Shown here one piece after another: positions 39,604 to 52,500 of a stretch of 64,000 nt of DNA (position 1 is its first letter; the number at the start of each line of letters is the position of its first letter). Both the position numbers and the translations under genes were made by a program. The stretch is from Fimbriosthenelais zetlandica (taxonomy: Eukaryota), in the NCBI GenBank assembly GCA_977030845.1, contig OZ365112.1:6200001-6264000 (forward strand), written 5' to 3'. The notes under the pieces were generated by a model, which ran no database searches, was not told the DNA's origin, and worked only from the letters and a program-made list of their open reading frames with translations.

Positions 39604-39772
39604 TGATAACGTTTCGTAAATATGATTTTCAGATATAGCAGTGCAAACCAGGAAGTGAGCACGGCGCATGCGTATCCGTATCTCATCTGTGCTGCAGTCT
39701 GCGATTGTCACCTTAACTAAAATCAGAGGAATACATATGATAACGTTTCATAATTATGATTGCAAGATATAG
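39604..39772 (+). repeat. Pair of 35-bp direct repeats (30/35 identical) 134 bp apart
   Basis: TGATAACGTTTCGTAAATATGATTTTCAGATATAG (39604-39638) and TGATAACGTTTCATAATTATGATTGCAAGATATAG (39738-39772). Confidence 0.8.
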
Positions 39773-40244
39773 GTTACGTTCTTATTTCCCCAGCTAAATA
39801 ATAATCGGCTAATGAGACATTCTAATGGCTTCCCAAGAGAAATGTCAGAAAATGATTATTTAGGTTAAGAGATACTGAGCAGGTTGGTGGGGAAGGATAA
39901 TGATGACATGGGTAAGCTTACCGGAGTAGAAGGAGAAGGTGACCTGACACAAGATGGGAATGTTAAACCCCCATTAACCTGGCCAGGGAGAGCTTCTCCC
40001 GGCTGACCTGGTTATGTGCGAGCTGCTCCCCCGGGGACTACTTACCCTGTGTTACCTCATCGTACAAACATCATTAAAGCATACACTCACCTGAAAGAGA
40101 ATGAGAAATATGGGTGAATGGAGGAATACAATTCAAGTGTCTTAGATAGGCAAGATTAAATATAGCTATTTAAATCTTTCACTTGTGATTATTTTCTAAC
40201 ATGCTGTTCCTAACTATTCCTTTCCTGTATTTTGACACCTCCTG

Positions 40245-40282
40245 AATAAATTAGATTTATAAAAAAAAAATAAAAAAAAAAA
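40245..40282 (+). mobile_element. AATAAA plus genomic poly(A) tail: 3' end of a retroposed sequence
   Basis: AATAAA at 40245-40250, followed 10 nt later by A10-T-A11 (40261-40282). Confidence 0.5.
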
Positions 40283-43200
40283 TGTATAAGCGAAAACATA
40301 TGGATTTATGCATGAGAATGGCTTAAGTTGTGGGATATAAATTAGCCAGGAATCATGGTAAACTATTTTAAGGCATTTCGAGATAATATAAAAGGACATA
40401 CAAAATACTTTCTATGAATATGAAAGTTGATTTTTTCTCCAAAAATAATCTCTTCAAACATCCAAACAGAATTATAATTGGAAGCAACAACTTTAATCAA
40501 CTGAACGGTCCTGGAATCATTCTACGTGGAACATATTAATTTGCTTATTTGTGGGTTTATTATATTTGTGGAATATTCCCTTCATACATTACATGTAGAA
40601 TGATTCCAGGTTATGTTGAACAAAACTCCAGAACAAACCACTCACCAAGGATATTAAAAAATTAAAAAATCAGCACCTTTTCTAAGATTGATCATAATTC
40701 AGTAACAATTCATAATCAGAGCAATAATGAGAGATTCCACATTTAATCACATCCCAATCCCTTTTAACCAAAGGAGCATTTAAAATTAAAATTAATCTTT
40801 TTTAATGTTCAGAATCCCTGAGGAACACACAAATACTCTTGGGCACATTGTGGGGTGGGGCGGGAGACAATCGATGGACAAATTAGCTTAGTATATTCCA
40901 GGCTTTTCTGCCATCCCTTATTATCATGTCTACACAAGGTTGTGTGAGGAATGGTCACATCTAGCTCGGGCGAGGCGTGTCATGTCCATGGTACACACTG
41001 GGAGGGTGTGTATAGATGTATGTAATCAAGGCTTGGCTTCCTACAGACACATTGCTGCATCTGAGCATACACAGACCAATGCATGTTTCCCCAGTCATAG
41101 GAGCAGCAGAGCTTCTCCTAAGCTTATATTCACATGTCAGGCTTCTTAAAATGACAAAAACCGGGAAAGGATAAACCTGAAAGTTTCAGCTATATATCAG
41201 TATATATGTAGTAATGGCTTGGATATGTATTTAATATACAAGCCTGCAGCTCGCTCACATTCGTTTTATCATACATTCCATCATATGATTCAATAGTTGT
41301 ATAAAATATGGATAGCTTTCACGACACGAGAAAGATGGATTTTCATTAATCGATAAGTGTTAATGAAATGACGTAAGAATGATTGATTGATAGTGCTATG
41401 GGGTTTTTAATTACCTGCATGTCTTTAATCATGCATACATTATAGCACCGCTCACACACAATTTGGCAGCCTTACATTGAGAGCTCCTATTTTGGCAGTG
41501 AACCAGATTGAAGACTTTCACCGTCAATTACATTCCCACATACGCCAACATTTTATCAAGCATCTTAAAGGAAAAGAAATCCAGCTTTTGCTTACTGTAA
41601 TTGCATTTAATATACATGTAGTCATTGTTTAGAAAAGATTCGGAGCTGTATACCTGTCAACAATTTTAAAGACACTCAATCTTAACTGTTTGAAGTTATC
41701 ATTGCTGACACATAGGACTGTAATATTTGTATAGATGTAATGTAAAATATACATTATGTGTCGGAAAGATACGTCCCCAGCCTTTGACTGTGATGTCCGC
41801 AATCTTATAGGAGTACAGCATTACATCTGGGATGCCGCAGGTCACAGAAATATGACCTTTGATGAGAGGAAAACGCTGGGTAATATCCAATAGTGAGAGA
41901 TAGATAACTGTGTTCTTTTTCTCCTTGTGTCAGCAGTGGCGCTGCTTTGAAATGTATTTTATGGCACACATAGGAGGGTGGAGTACGCCCACCTCCACTT
42001 CCTCAGCTTCTTTTCATTTCTTACAGACGCCTTTCAATCTATGGAACCAATATGTTAAGATCAGAGATGATATATATGAGGCAATCTACGCCTTACTATT
42101 TTAGAAATAATGAGAATGGTATTAAATATGCATCAGAGGTATAGCCCAGAAGCATTAAAATGCATTCAGCTCTTGAAGAGAAGTGAGAATACGACTATTT
42201 TAAGCATAAACTTTCTCAATGGTCTGTAAGATAGAAGGTCATTATCCGGCCACTCAAAGGGTAGATGGATGCTGCTGACGCATTGAGTTAGAGGCGATAT
42301 TAAGGGCGTTCTCAGTGGAAAGTGAGACTGACATTTCAACCTAATATTTCCCTCACATCCACCTGCTTTGGAAAGCTACATACACACAACAGCTTTTTTT
42401 GAGTTTCTTTCACATTCGTTGACAAAAACAACATGTTTTTGTCACAGAAAGAATGTCAGAGAAGCTTGAAAAAAGCTGAGAAAGGCAAGGAACTGTCACT
42501 TAAATAGACAATGTGACCTTTGTCATAAATTCTCTTTTAATGAAGCAGTTGTTTTTTCACCACTAAAGAACTGGGAAAGGTTTTTTTTTACCAAAAAAAG
42601 GGGTTGGCAATGGCCTGGAAGTAAACCCCTCTATTCACTCCGGCTGCGTGCGGAGATAATACTTATTTAAATGTGAAAAACCAGGCCTTTTTTAAAGCTA
42701 TTTTTCTTTATGATTTTTGAATAGGGCCATGATTTGTATTTAGCAAGTCCATAAACATTGATCTAGCCCTCTCAGTGACTGTGATTAACTATTATCATGA
42801 GTTTATATCAAGTGGTGCATTTTTTCCAGGCAATTCTATAGGCGTCTAAAATGTGGGGAAAGGGAGAGTGGCAGTGGTAAGCCAGGTATTCTTGTCAAAG
42901 GACGTATATAATTTAACAGCCATGCTGTGAAATATCCAAACAAGCGCGTCCTAGACAGTGGTCTCATCACAATGGCCAGGACAGAATTATCCTTTTTAAA
43001 TTGCAGTCTTTACGTGATATTGATATTTTAATGCGAGTATCCCCTGTGTGCTGAGTTGCCAACAAAACCATTTTTTATTTTCCTCCCCCGAGGGTTCCAT
43101 CAAGGCCAAAATAACAGCTTTGGGTATATCCAAACATAAAATAGGCAAAATCAATAATGGATTGAAAGTAAAAAATGGTGTTTTGAAGCAAGGAACTAAT

Positions 43201-46081
43201 GGAGCCTCATAAATGTCAATCACTAAATGGGACATTTATTGACACTTCGCATCAAGATTGCTGACCGACTAAACACCTCTTTCCCTGATATAATTATATA
43301 CACCTATGAAACATGATGAATATAGGACTAATATTATTTTATACGGTTTTATAATCCTCTAGTCTAGTCAAGTCTGGAATTTTTTCTACGATGCACATCG
43401 GCGAGTTTTCCCCTTGGAGGAAGGGACCCAGTTTGGGTAAAAATATCTCCTGCAGTTCCAGACAGGGTCTTTCCGAGTCAGCAAAGGCTAGACAATAGCA
43501 TCCGCCAGGGAGAAGAGGCAGACCTTAAGTTCCCTCTTCTGGTGCACCAAATATGGCATAAAATATCACCAGTTCATTCCTCTGACATGGGTCTCTGAGG
43601 TAATAAAGCAAGCCCACGATCAAGCTCCACTCACTTTACTGTGAACCAAAAATGGCAATATAGAAAAAAACCCATGATCACGGAAGCAGAAACTCCGCAT
43701 CTTCTAGCATAGGATACGTTTCTGATGGAATATTGTATAAATCATTCAAGGATTCTACACATTAGTATTCAGTAGTGTTCCCATACAGAATATGAATTTT
43801 ATTTTATTTCATTGCCATAATTAGACAGGAAGCGGTGAAAGCTATTTAAGATCCAGACTATAGATCTGTCTGGTTGTGAGGGAATCAAGTGGCACAGACC
43901 AAATTTATCCCACTACTTGTGACGCAGTACCATCCTGTGTTTCGGTATATAACATGGTGAATATTGCCACATGGGAAATAGGAAGGAGAAGGCTCTATGC
44001 TATGGTATATCCTCTGGTATAGACACACCCCTCTTCTTCCTCTGCCTTGTTGATTAAAATAACAATAAAACCTTCTGCACACGAATAAGACAAATCCTTC
44101 AATTAGGGCCATGGGCGCCTCATTCAACAGATAAACGACCCATTCATCATCTTTCTATTTGTCCAACAAATATTCCAATCCCAGGAAACTAGTGATAAAG
44201 TGTCGCTTTTTGTGCGGCCAATGTTTACATGTTTAGCACGAGACAGATGGTCTTTCTGTCCCGCCCTGATTACTATTTACACATGCTTAATTGCTATTCC
44301 CTTCTCTGTTCTCCCATTAATAACTAAGTGTTCCACACGCACCTGGCCCATACAACCATTACTACTATCTTATCCACATTAATAATTTACAGTTCTTGTA
44401 TATATGTCCATTCTATATTTTATCCTATATGCCATCCTACCGAGCGGATGAAATTTACTATATGGCAATGTTGTGTTGTTAAATCGGCTTTTAAAGAAGG
44501 TAAGGCCCTTCCTAATACATATTTTATTTCACGTGTCATTGATAAATTTAAGTCTATCACAATTTCAAGAAGTAAATCCCATTCTAGGGAATTATGAGGA
44601 TATTTAATCAGTTGAATGGAGGAATAGCCATAAGTCTTGGTCTAACTTGATTAAATCTTACTTGCCTTACATGCAATGTGTCATAAGAGACGTTATTTCA
44701 CCATAAAACCCCCGTGTAATGATATAAATAACACGTCCAATATTAGTAACAGAAAAATGAGAGGGGGAGAGGCCATGGGGTACAAACTGGCGCTAGGAAA
44801 CGCTCCTTATTACACATCCTTCACGAAAAACTAATGGTCCCTCTCTTCAAGCGAAAGAGCCCTCATATGGCAGTAAATCAGGTGGACATTGTTACACAAC
44901 CTTTACGGCATAGGCCTTTATAAATGCTAGCAAAGGCCGACCAGGTGCTTGTCCATTGTGTTTGGCCATAAAAAGTGCCGTTAGAAACTCTAGAGGAGCC
45001 AGCGATGAATAATTCTGGGGTGAAATACGGGCCTCAAACGCGGCGTCAGACAAAACAAGGGGTGGGTCATCCATTACCTTATATCTCCCCCAGCTCTAAT
45101 TCTATGGCCACTTTTTAGCTTATACACCACAGACACTTTAAAGGTGCCATAATGTTGGTTGTGGCACAACTCATCCAGTTAGAGGGGAGCAATTAATCTG
45201 GCTTCATACCACCGGGTGAGAAACGGCGACTTTTCCAGGTGGAGGAATCGATAGCTTGCTTCAATCGCTTCTTGCCTTATTTGGGGCTAAATATAAGTCT
45301 GTGGGAGTCAGCTGGTGGACTAGCCCAGATCTGATAATTGATTACAAAGAGGAATCAAGCAGGGATAATTTAGAATCGATAACTCTTCCATAAAAACCGT
45401 GCCGGATGAATCAATGGTTTGTTTCAAGATTTAGTCAATGCTACTGGATGGCGCAAGACGCCCAAGTATGACGTCAATCGATACCTGTTCATTCATAAGC
45501 TAGATTTTTCTCCGAGAAAATATTTAGAAACACTGTTTTGAAAGGAGACTTTTTCAAATATTCCGTTCCCGGTTGACTTGAGTATAAGGCTTGGAAGTGG
45601 GCTTATGTGTCGAATAGGACTGGATCCGCATCGAGATTTGGTTCAATATGTCTGTAGCATCCCCCACTCCAGCGGTCTCTAACAGGGGCTATTGTGCTCA
45701 AGACGCACTCACTGTGAAAGACACTGGAGACAGTTCTTTGTATCTCCATCCACTACTGGAGTCCAACAACATGTGGGCTGAGCCGGGTTTAAACCCAGCT
45801 TCCATGGATGGGTTGAGGCGGGAGGATTACCCTGCACGTCCTCTGGTGGTCATGTGGGTTTTGAGGTCAGAAGACAGAGTAGAATAGAAACGAATAGTCT
45901 TCAATCTTCCTATGTTAAACCCATTGCTTGCTTGTTTACAACATTATTTTTGGGGGGATTCAATTTATCTATTGTGGCTTAATTTCAGTTAGATAAACTG
46001 GTTTTAACAATAGTTCATTTTAACCACATTGCATTCTACTGAATATCTATAATTCTTCTAAATATCTAATCATAAGTACAA

Positions 46082-46140
46082 GAAAACACCCAAAAGAACA
46101 TCCAAAAGAAACACCCAAAATAGAAATAGAAAACACCCTA
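46082..46140 (+). repeat. Degenerate short tandem repeat, unit about GAAAACACCCAAAA, about 4 copies
   Basis: gaaaacacccaaaa gaacatccaaaa gaaacacccaaaa tagaaata gaaaacacccta. Confidence 0.7.
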
Positions 46141-46546
46141 CATTTATGAAAGAGAAAATTAATACATCTTTAAATAGCAGAAATTCTCAAAACAGCCTGG
46201 TATTGGATATTATCAGATAAAACTCCCCAAACAAGTCAAGCCTGACTAATACAGACATGGAATCATGTCATACACCGAAAGATGTGGCTGAGATAATGTA
46301 TGGCCTGGAGAAACAAGTATAGTGGGCAGACGCCTGGTATATCGCCAGCTGATCCCCACCCCACCACCTCTACTTTATATGATCAACCCTCACTGCACTA
46401 CCAGCCTTTAAATGCTCGCCCTATCCCAGAGGTGTTATAATGGGGCACTCAGCGGCCGCTATCTACAATGCTCATCTGGGGGTGGAATCCTGGGTATAAA
46501 CTGGGTATAAACTACGTTCGGTGGGGATTTTTAAAAGCGGGTCTTA

Positions 46547-46739
46547 AGCCAGGTCCCCACTGCTTGCGACAATACAGCGACAAAGGTGATGCTTGCGTAG
46601 GAATAAAATTGATAAATTCTTGTCCAAGTGTCTAAGGATTTTAAGGGTGTCAACCACTGGTAAATTTGACATTGAAACTCAAGCATCACCTTTGTCGCGG
46701 AGGTGTCGCAAGCAAAATCGTAGCAGTGGAGTCCTGGCT
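46547..46739 (+). mobile_element. MITE family 2 copy A (193 bp, long TIRs, TTA target duplication; PIF/Harbinger/Tourist-like)
   Basis: TTA|AGCCAGG...CCTGGCT|TTA. Arms share GCGACAAAGGTGATGCTTG/CAAGCATCACCTTTGTCGC. Homologous over its whole length to 48470-48680. Confidence 0.8.
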
Positions 46740-47855
46740 TTAGGGGTTGGATAGAACACCTTCAACTTTGACCGGCACTGTATCCTACATGCGATATACT
46801 ACTTGAGCATACATTTCGGATCCCATCCCATATTTTCAACCCACGGGGCCTCAAGCTGTCAGCTGCAGTCTATACCCCTTGATCTCTCAACAAATCTTGC
46901 TGAGATACAAAGATATGGGCAATAGAAAATTAGGTTAATGTGATCTGTGGTAGTCAGGAGTGAGTGTGGGATTCATGGCCGTGGTGGTGGAGGGCTGGGG
47001 TGATGGATCGCCCCTTACATTAGTCTAATCACTTGACGACGAGCTGAAAAGGAAAGGGCTGGGTGGCTGCTGCCTCAGGCTGTCAAGAGTACTCTGGTAA
47101 TCGCCTAGGTTACTTATACCAAACAAGTGCAAAACGATCCCGATATAAGCCTATACAGTTTCCACCTTCATATGGGAATAATCTGCCATATTTCAAGCAC
47201 TGATATAATTAGGCAACTGTCTAAATTTATGGTTGAAATGTAGTTTACAACTAATTGAGATTTGAGTTATCCTGGTTATAAATTTAGTAGATGAGATGTT
47301 GGTATAACATAAGGAGATAAATAATTAGTTCTAGTATCTAGTTCTAGTACTGGCGTGCCACCTCATGTTGTGGGTGGCACGGCCCTGCTGTCAAGTTATA
47401 GAGGAGAAAATGCCCCCACCATAACATGTCTTGTACTCATAACTCAGTGGTCAAAAGAATATATCAAACTGAGTAAAGCAAATAGCCAGGGCAGAGACCC
47501 TTAATTTATATAAAAATTGTAATGGGTCAAGCCTATACCTCTCTTGTATGTTTACACAACAGTTCACACTTGCCCATAATTATGTTCCTCCATTTCTCAT
47601 AAATATCTTGACAGTACACAACTCCATCAGGTCTTGTGAGTATAGCTTATAATGATGTCCACATCTACACTGGACAAGCTGTCTGTCTACAGGAACAGGC
47701 CATTAGCACAATGAAGGGTAAACCTATGGTGCTTCAATGGCTTCAGTCTGACCGCCGTCTTATACACTTCCCTGGTGCATATATCACCATAGTAAATCTC
47801 TGATAGTTTCTCTACAGCAGAATATGAGACCTTCATTTCATTTTCTAACCTCTAC

Positions 47856-47933
47856 AGTCTGTACATTCTAAGTTGATCCGAAACCACAGTACAAATGTAT
47901 GGTGGTTTCGGATCAACTTAGAATGAACAGACT
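47856..47933. mobile_element. 78-bp fold-back element (32-bp arms, 1 mismatch), Tc1/mariner-MITE-like or pre-miRNA-like
   Basis: AGTCTGTACATTCTAAGTTGATCCGAAACCAC (47856-47887) / GTGGTTTCGGATCAACTTAGAATGAACAGACT (47902-47933), 14-nt loop. Left flank reads TA|CAGTCTG. Confidence 0.7.
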
Positions 47934-48469
47934 AGGCAATTCTTGAATCTGGTAAGATATAATCACGTTTTTAGAGAATTCCAGAATTCCATCTCCTATG
48001 AATTCACTTTTAAAGTAAAGTGATGGAACCATTTAGTGTTTTTCTGACCATGGAATCAGCGACTCTCATGGCATTGAGTTTTCTTATACAGCCTTATATG
48101 GATGACGTGACCACTAACCTCAGGCCTGACTGGTCTGCTCAGCTCCGCCAGGGAGTGCTGCCTCCTCTGTGTCCCATACATATACCACGGTACTGTCACA
48201 CCACAGGGCCAGACCATTTTATTTGTCTGCATAAAAACATTATTTACATCCCCAATATGTGTTGTCTGACTCGAAAAAGGGCCATGAAAATAGATGGCTA
48301 AATCCACTGACGATAACGCTGGTCGTCTTCATGTATATTTGAACCAAACACGGGGATGCTTATGGCCCTCCTGCTCCAAATGCTGGTCACTAAGGCAAAA
48401 TAATTTCCAACAGTTGGAATAAAGAATATTTTATGGGTCATTATGAGAAGAATCCTTTTTCGGTTTTTA

Positions 48470-48680
48470 AGCTAGGACTCCACTGCTGCGATTTTGCTTG
48501 CAACACTACTGCGACAAAGGTGATGCTTGTGAAGTTGTGTAAGAATAAAATTTATAAATTGTGGTTCAAGTGTCCAAGGCCTTAATGCCGTCCTCCAATG
48601 GTAAATTTATCATTGAAACACAAGCATCACCTTTGTCGCAGACGTGTCGCAAACAAAATCGCAGCAGTGGAGTCCCGGCT
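48470..48680 (+). mobile_element. MITE family 2 copy B (211 bp, 62-bp TIRs, TTA target duplication)
   Basis: Arms 48470-48531 and 48619-48680 match 56/62 as an inverted repeat. TTA|AGCTAGG...CCCGGCT|TTA. Confidence 0.85.
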
Positions 48681-49432
48681 TTATGTACAGATTACTGACC
48701 TGCATAACAAAATAGATCCTGGTTGATATGGGATCATGATGAAAAAAAATATGATCACAGCAACAAAATGAGTCCAACTGTTTGATTACCATAGAAACCT
48801 ACAGGTAATTTATATAGGTTATAGCGGAGGGAATATCAAAGGAAATAGAGGCAATAGCTTGAGATTAGGTACATCATCCACATATTTATCCCCATCTCTC
48901 TCAGCTTAAGGGGAGCAGCCATGGCCATGTATCCTTTAAATGTAATAACACCAACCTGTCCACCATTGACTGATTTCAGGTTGTAGCCATTCTGCCTGAG
49001 ATTATGTATGAGCCCCTCTGCTTGATTTACCCCTGATCCAGTTAATCATATATACTGACCCCATACCCAGACACAAATAGCCGTAGGCACGAGGCAAAGG
49101 CCGCTTGATGACTGCGGCACTTTGTATAGGCACACTAGGTGATAAATCCGCATCAGTGAAGGAGGGGTGGGAGGACACACGTAGAGAAGTGGGACAGGCA
49201 TCTTTTTAGAGGATTATAGTCCACCACGACCTGCCTTACTCTGACCATAAAGTGAGTGGATGATTAAACGAGGTAATATTATGTCAGAAGGCCAAGGTTG
49301 ACAGGAGGACTTTATCACAGAAAATGGCAGATTATAAATGATAGGAGGGCTATATGAAGGACCTACATGGAGACGGCTTTTAGAAAATTAACTGGCCCAT
49401 GTACTAACGATTTCTATTATAACACACAACTG

Positions 49433-49574
49433 GCTCAGATTTCACCTCAGATTAATATTAAGATATAAATCTCAATTTAGAAGGCCTTGGTTTTATTTAA
49501 AGTAACGAGATAAATTATCTCATTTACTCCGTAAGTAGGCCTAAGTACAGTCGGTATATACGTACAATCTGAGC
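49433..49574. mobile_element. Decayed fold-back/MITE remnant
   Basis: Terminal 9-bp inverted repeat GCTCAGATT/AATCTGAGC, two roughly symmetric AGGCCT sites and an internal AGTAAcGAGATAA-a-TTATCTCatTTACT hairpin (49501-49528). Confidence 0.4.
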
Positions 49575-52500
49575 AATTTTTCTCATTTCGAATGTACGTG
49601 TTGTATATAGTACGAAATATCACAACATAATATAGAAATCATTATGAAATAGCCCTTTTCCAGATTTACATGAGATATGATTCATATAAATGTTTATGGG
49701 AATAAATATTTTGTCAATTATAGGGTGCAAATTCATATTGATTCTGGATCCCACAGCCAACCTGTCCTCCACATCCACACCAATTTTCCCAGAGTTTAGA
49801 CAGGGGTGAAAACATGGAAAATAAATATCACAGCAATGACTAGGCTGCACTGTCTGTACTGAGGGGATATGCATTAAGTGGGCAGAAAATTTCAGCTTTC
49901 TGTCAGTGCATTGGAATGATGGACGACGAGCCAGCCAGCCAGCAAGTTTATAGATCTGAATAGCAAAAAGTTACACTTCCCTCCATCCTTGATATTGGAT
50001 CTTTCCAGGTGAAAAATAGCATATTACGGAGCACTGTAGTAATCCATTTATAGTACATCTTGTTAAAATATTATGAGAACCTTGAGGGAAACATAGGTAG
50101 GCTTTATCAAGTGGATAAAAACCTTGGAGAGTTTTATGTGGATGATCTATATGATTCTGCCGGGGTGTCAGGAATGCTCACACAGGGCAGTACATTCTGT
50201 CTGTGACAGCATCCCACGTCCATCATCTAAAAGCTCGTATAAACTAAGCCTATTTCAGCCCCAGCTTATACCATTTGTTGGTCCTCCCAATAATGGCACA
50301 AATGCATGACATGCATGGGACTGTCCCCAGCATGGCCTTCACAGCTCCGGTCACAACCCACTGTGGCTACACTGAAAAATTATCAGCCGAATTCACATCC
50401 CCAAGTGTGGGAGGGGGGACAATCCACACCTCCTCTGGGAGTCTGGGGTCCAGGGGCAGTTTAAGTTTGGTCTCCAAGGGGGTATTATTTTCACCACTTG
50501 ATCACAAGCGGTAGTTTAGTGTTTTAAGCAATGGGAATGACCATTTAATTTACCAAGCAGTGCATGTACAAAAATTACCTTGGTGCATTTCAGGTTTTGG
50601 CAATGGAACCTATCGCTTCATGACTACCTGCCCTGACTACTGCACTGGTTGATGGTGGCATATAAGGGTACGACAATAAGCTGGAGGGATAACTGAGTGC
50701 GTCCATCTCCAAATACATGTGGTCTTATACAAGACTTGGCAGGCTGGCAAGGCATTGCCAACGCTTGCCATCTGATGACAATAGGTTCTATATACATGAC
50801 GAACACGATAGGGCTTCTATAGGCTGACACACCCAACAACAACATCCAGTCCCTCAATGTGGGCGACATGTTCACTTCACTGCAATTGCTTCAGGGCTAC
50901 ATATGTGTTGTGGAATGGGGACAAGGGAAATGGGAAGGGAATGAAGATTATATAGCCAAGAGACACAGTAGTTTGTCTGGCAAATAGCAAAATGGAATTG
51001 GGGATAACCGGAGAGTTTGTTTGAATTCGGATTTGAGCATGGAAGTCGGGGAAATGAAAAGCAGGAGAGCAAAATGAGTATACTTGGAACAATATTGTCA
51101 ACTGGGAAATATATTAGATCGGGTCTGGTCTACTGGTTGTGATAAATTTCCTTTTCACACAAATAGAATACAAAGAATTATGAACAGACAACCAGTTATG
51201 AACTGCAATAATACCCATTTAAATGAATATCCATGATATTTTGCAGCTTGCCAATCCAAATTAATTTAGTTTTCTCATTTTGAATTCAAAATATTAGATT
51301 ACAAACAAGACGCAATCAAAGTTAAAAATTCATGAAGGCTCTCAATTTGAAGTACAAGAGCTTCTGTCAATTTGAATTCATTCGTTTAGTCAGCATCATT
51401 TTTCAGTCGGCATCATTTTTTTTGGTTCAATTTACCAGTAAGAGAGGAAGTCAAATATTGTGTTATCCAGTGTGTAATCGGATCCATAATAGGAAGACTT
51501 AATAAGGCGTCTTATAAAGGTTAATAGATTCAATCAATAAATCACATCTGTCTTACGAAATCCCAAAAGGTTACAGCGTACAAAGACTTGCTGCTTGTTG
51601 ATTATCTAGTCTAGCTCTCAGTGCTAAATCTAATGTTGAATTATAAATCAGATTATACTTAATAATATTCCGAAATTATATATCAGATGAATTTAAAATC
51701 TAATAATTTTCAATAGTTTAACGTGAATATGGTTGAGTCCTCTTACAAATCTCCTAAAACTGAGTCCTCGTTAAAAGGCAGGTCTAAAGCCGAGTGAATG
51801 GCACATGGCCCATCCTTTTAGACGCCATACATATCCACTGGCAATCATTCCTTGACATTTACAGTGAGGCAAATAGTTACAAAGGTGAAATGAAATGAAT
51901 ATTAACATCACACTTAAGCTGGGCTCTTCTGCCACGGCCCGAGAGGCAAGCCACAAAAAGGTGAAGGAATGACTTCCATTGGTTGTCTCACACCCCCACG
52001 GAATCCTGCTTCTAAAGTAAGGCTAAGGCACAGATACTGGTATATGTAACCAACCATACAGGCCAGACCAAACCATGAAAATTGTATCTGACATTTTTAA
52101 CTAATATGTCCCCCAATACATAGCTTTCTCAATAATAATAATAATCCAATAAATTAAATTATAAAGACAAAGAATCGTATCAAATATGAATACCTGGCAG
52201 TCTGACTTTTCCTCTTGAAAAACAAATTATACCACAGACACAAAAAAGATGCAATTTTAGCTGGTTCCCGTAGGAGTAAATGACAAAATAATATCTTTTT
52301 ATTCTGGCCTGAGTGTGGGATTTGTGCGTCTCAGAGTGCCCCCATCAACGGCCTCAGCCGGAGGCCCTGCAAGTGGCCAGCCGGACCTTTATGTCTGTGT
52401 CCATAAGCCCCAGTCACTTTTTACGATGCTCTTCACCAGACATTATGACCTTTCTAACACAGCTTCATTGCCTCTTACTATTCTTAAGTGTATTATAACA

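Noticed and set aside
40040-40110. 45-nt minus-strand exon with good acceptor and donor
   Set aside because: Stops in all three frames, and the acceptor doubles as a CAG|GTGAGT donor.
46490-46511. 11-bp tandem duplication CTGGGTATAAA as a TSD
   Set aside because: The copies are adjacent with nothing between them. Simple slippage duplication.
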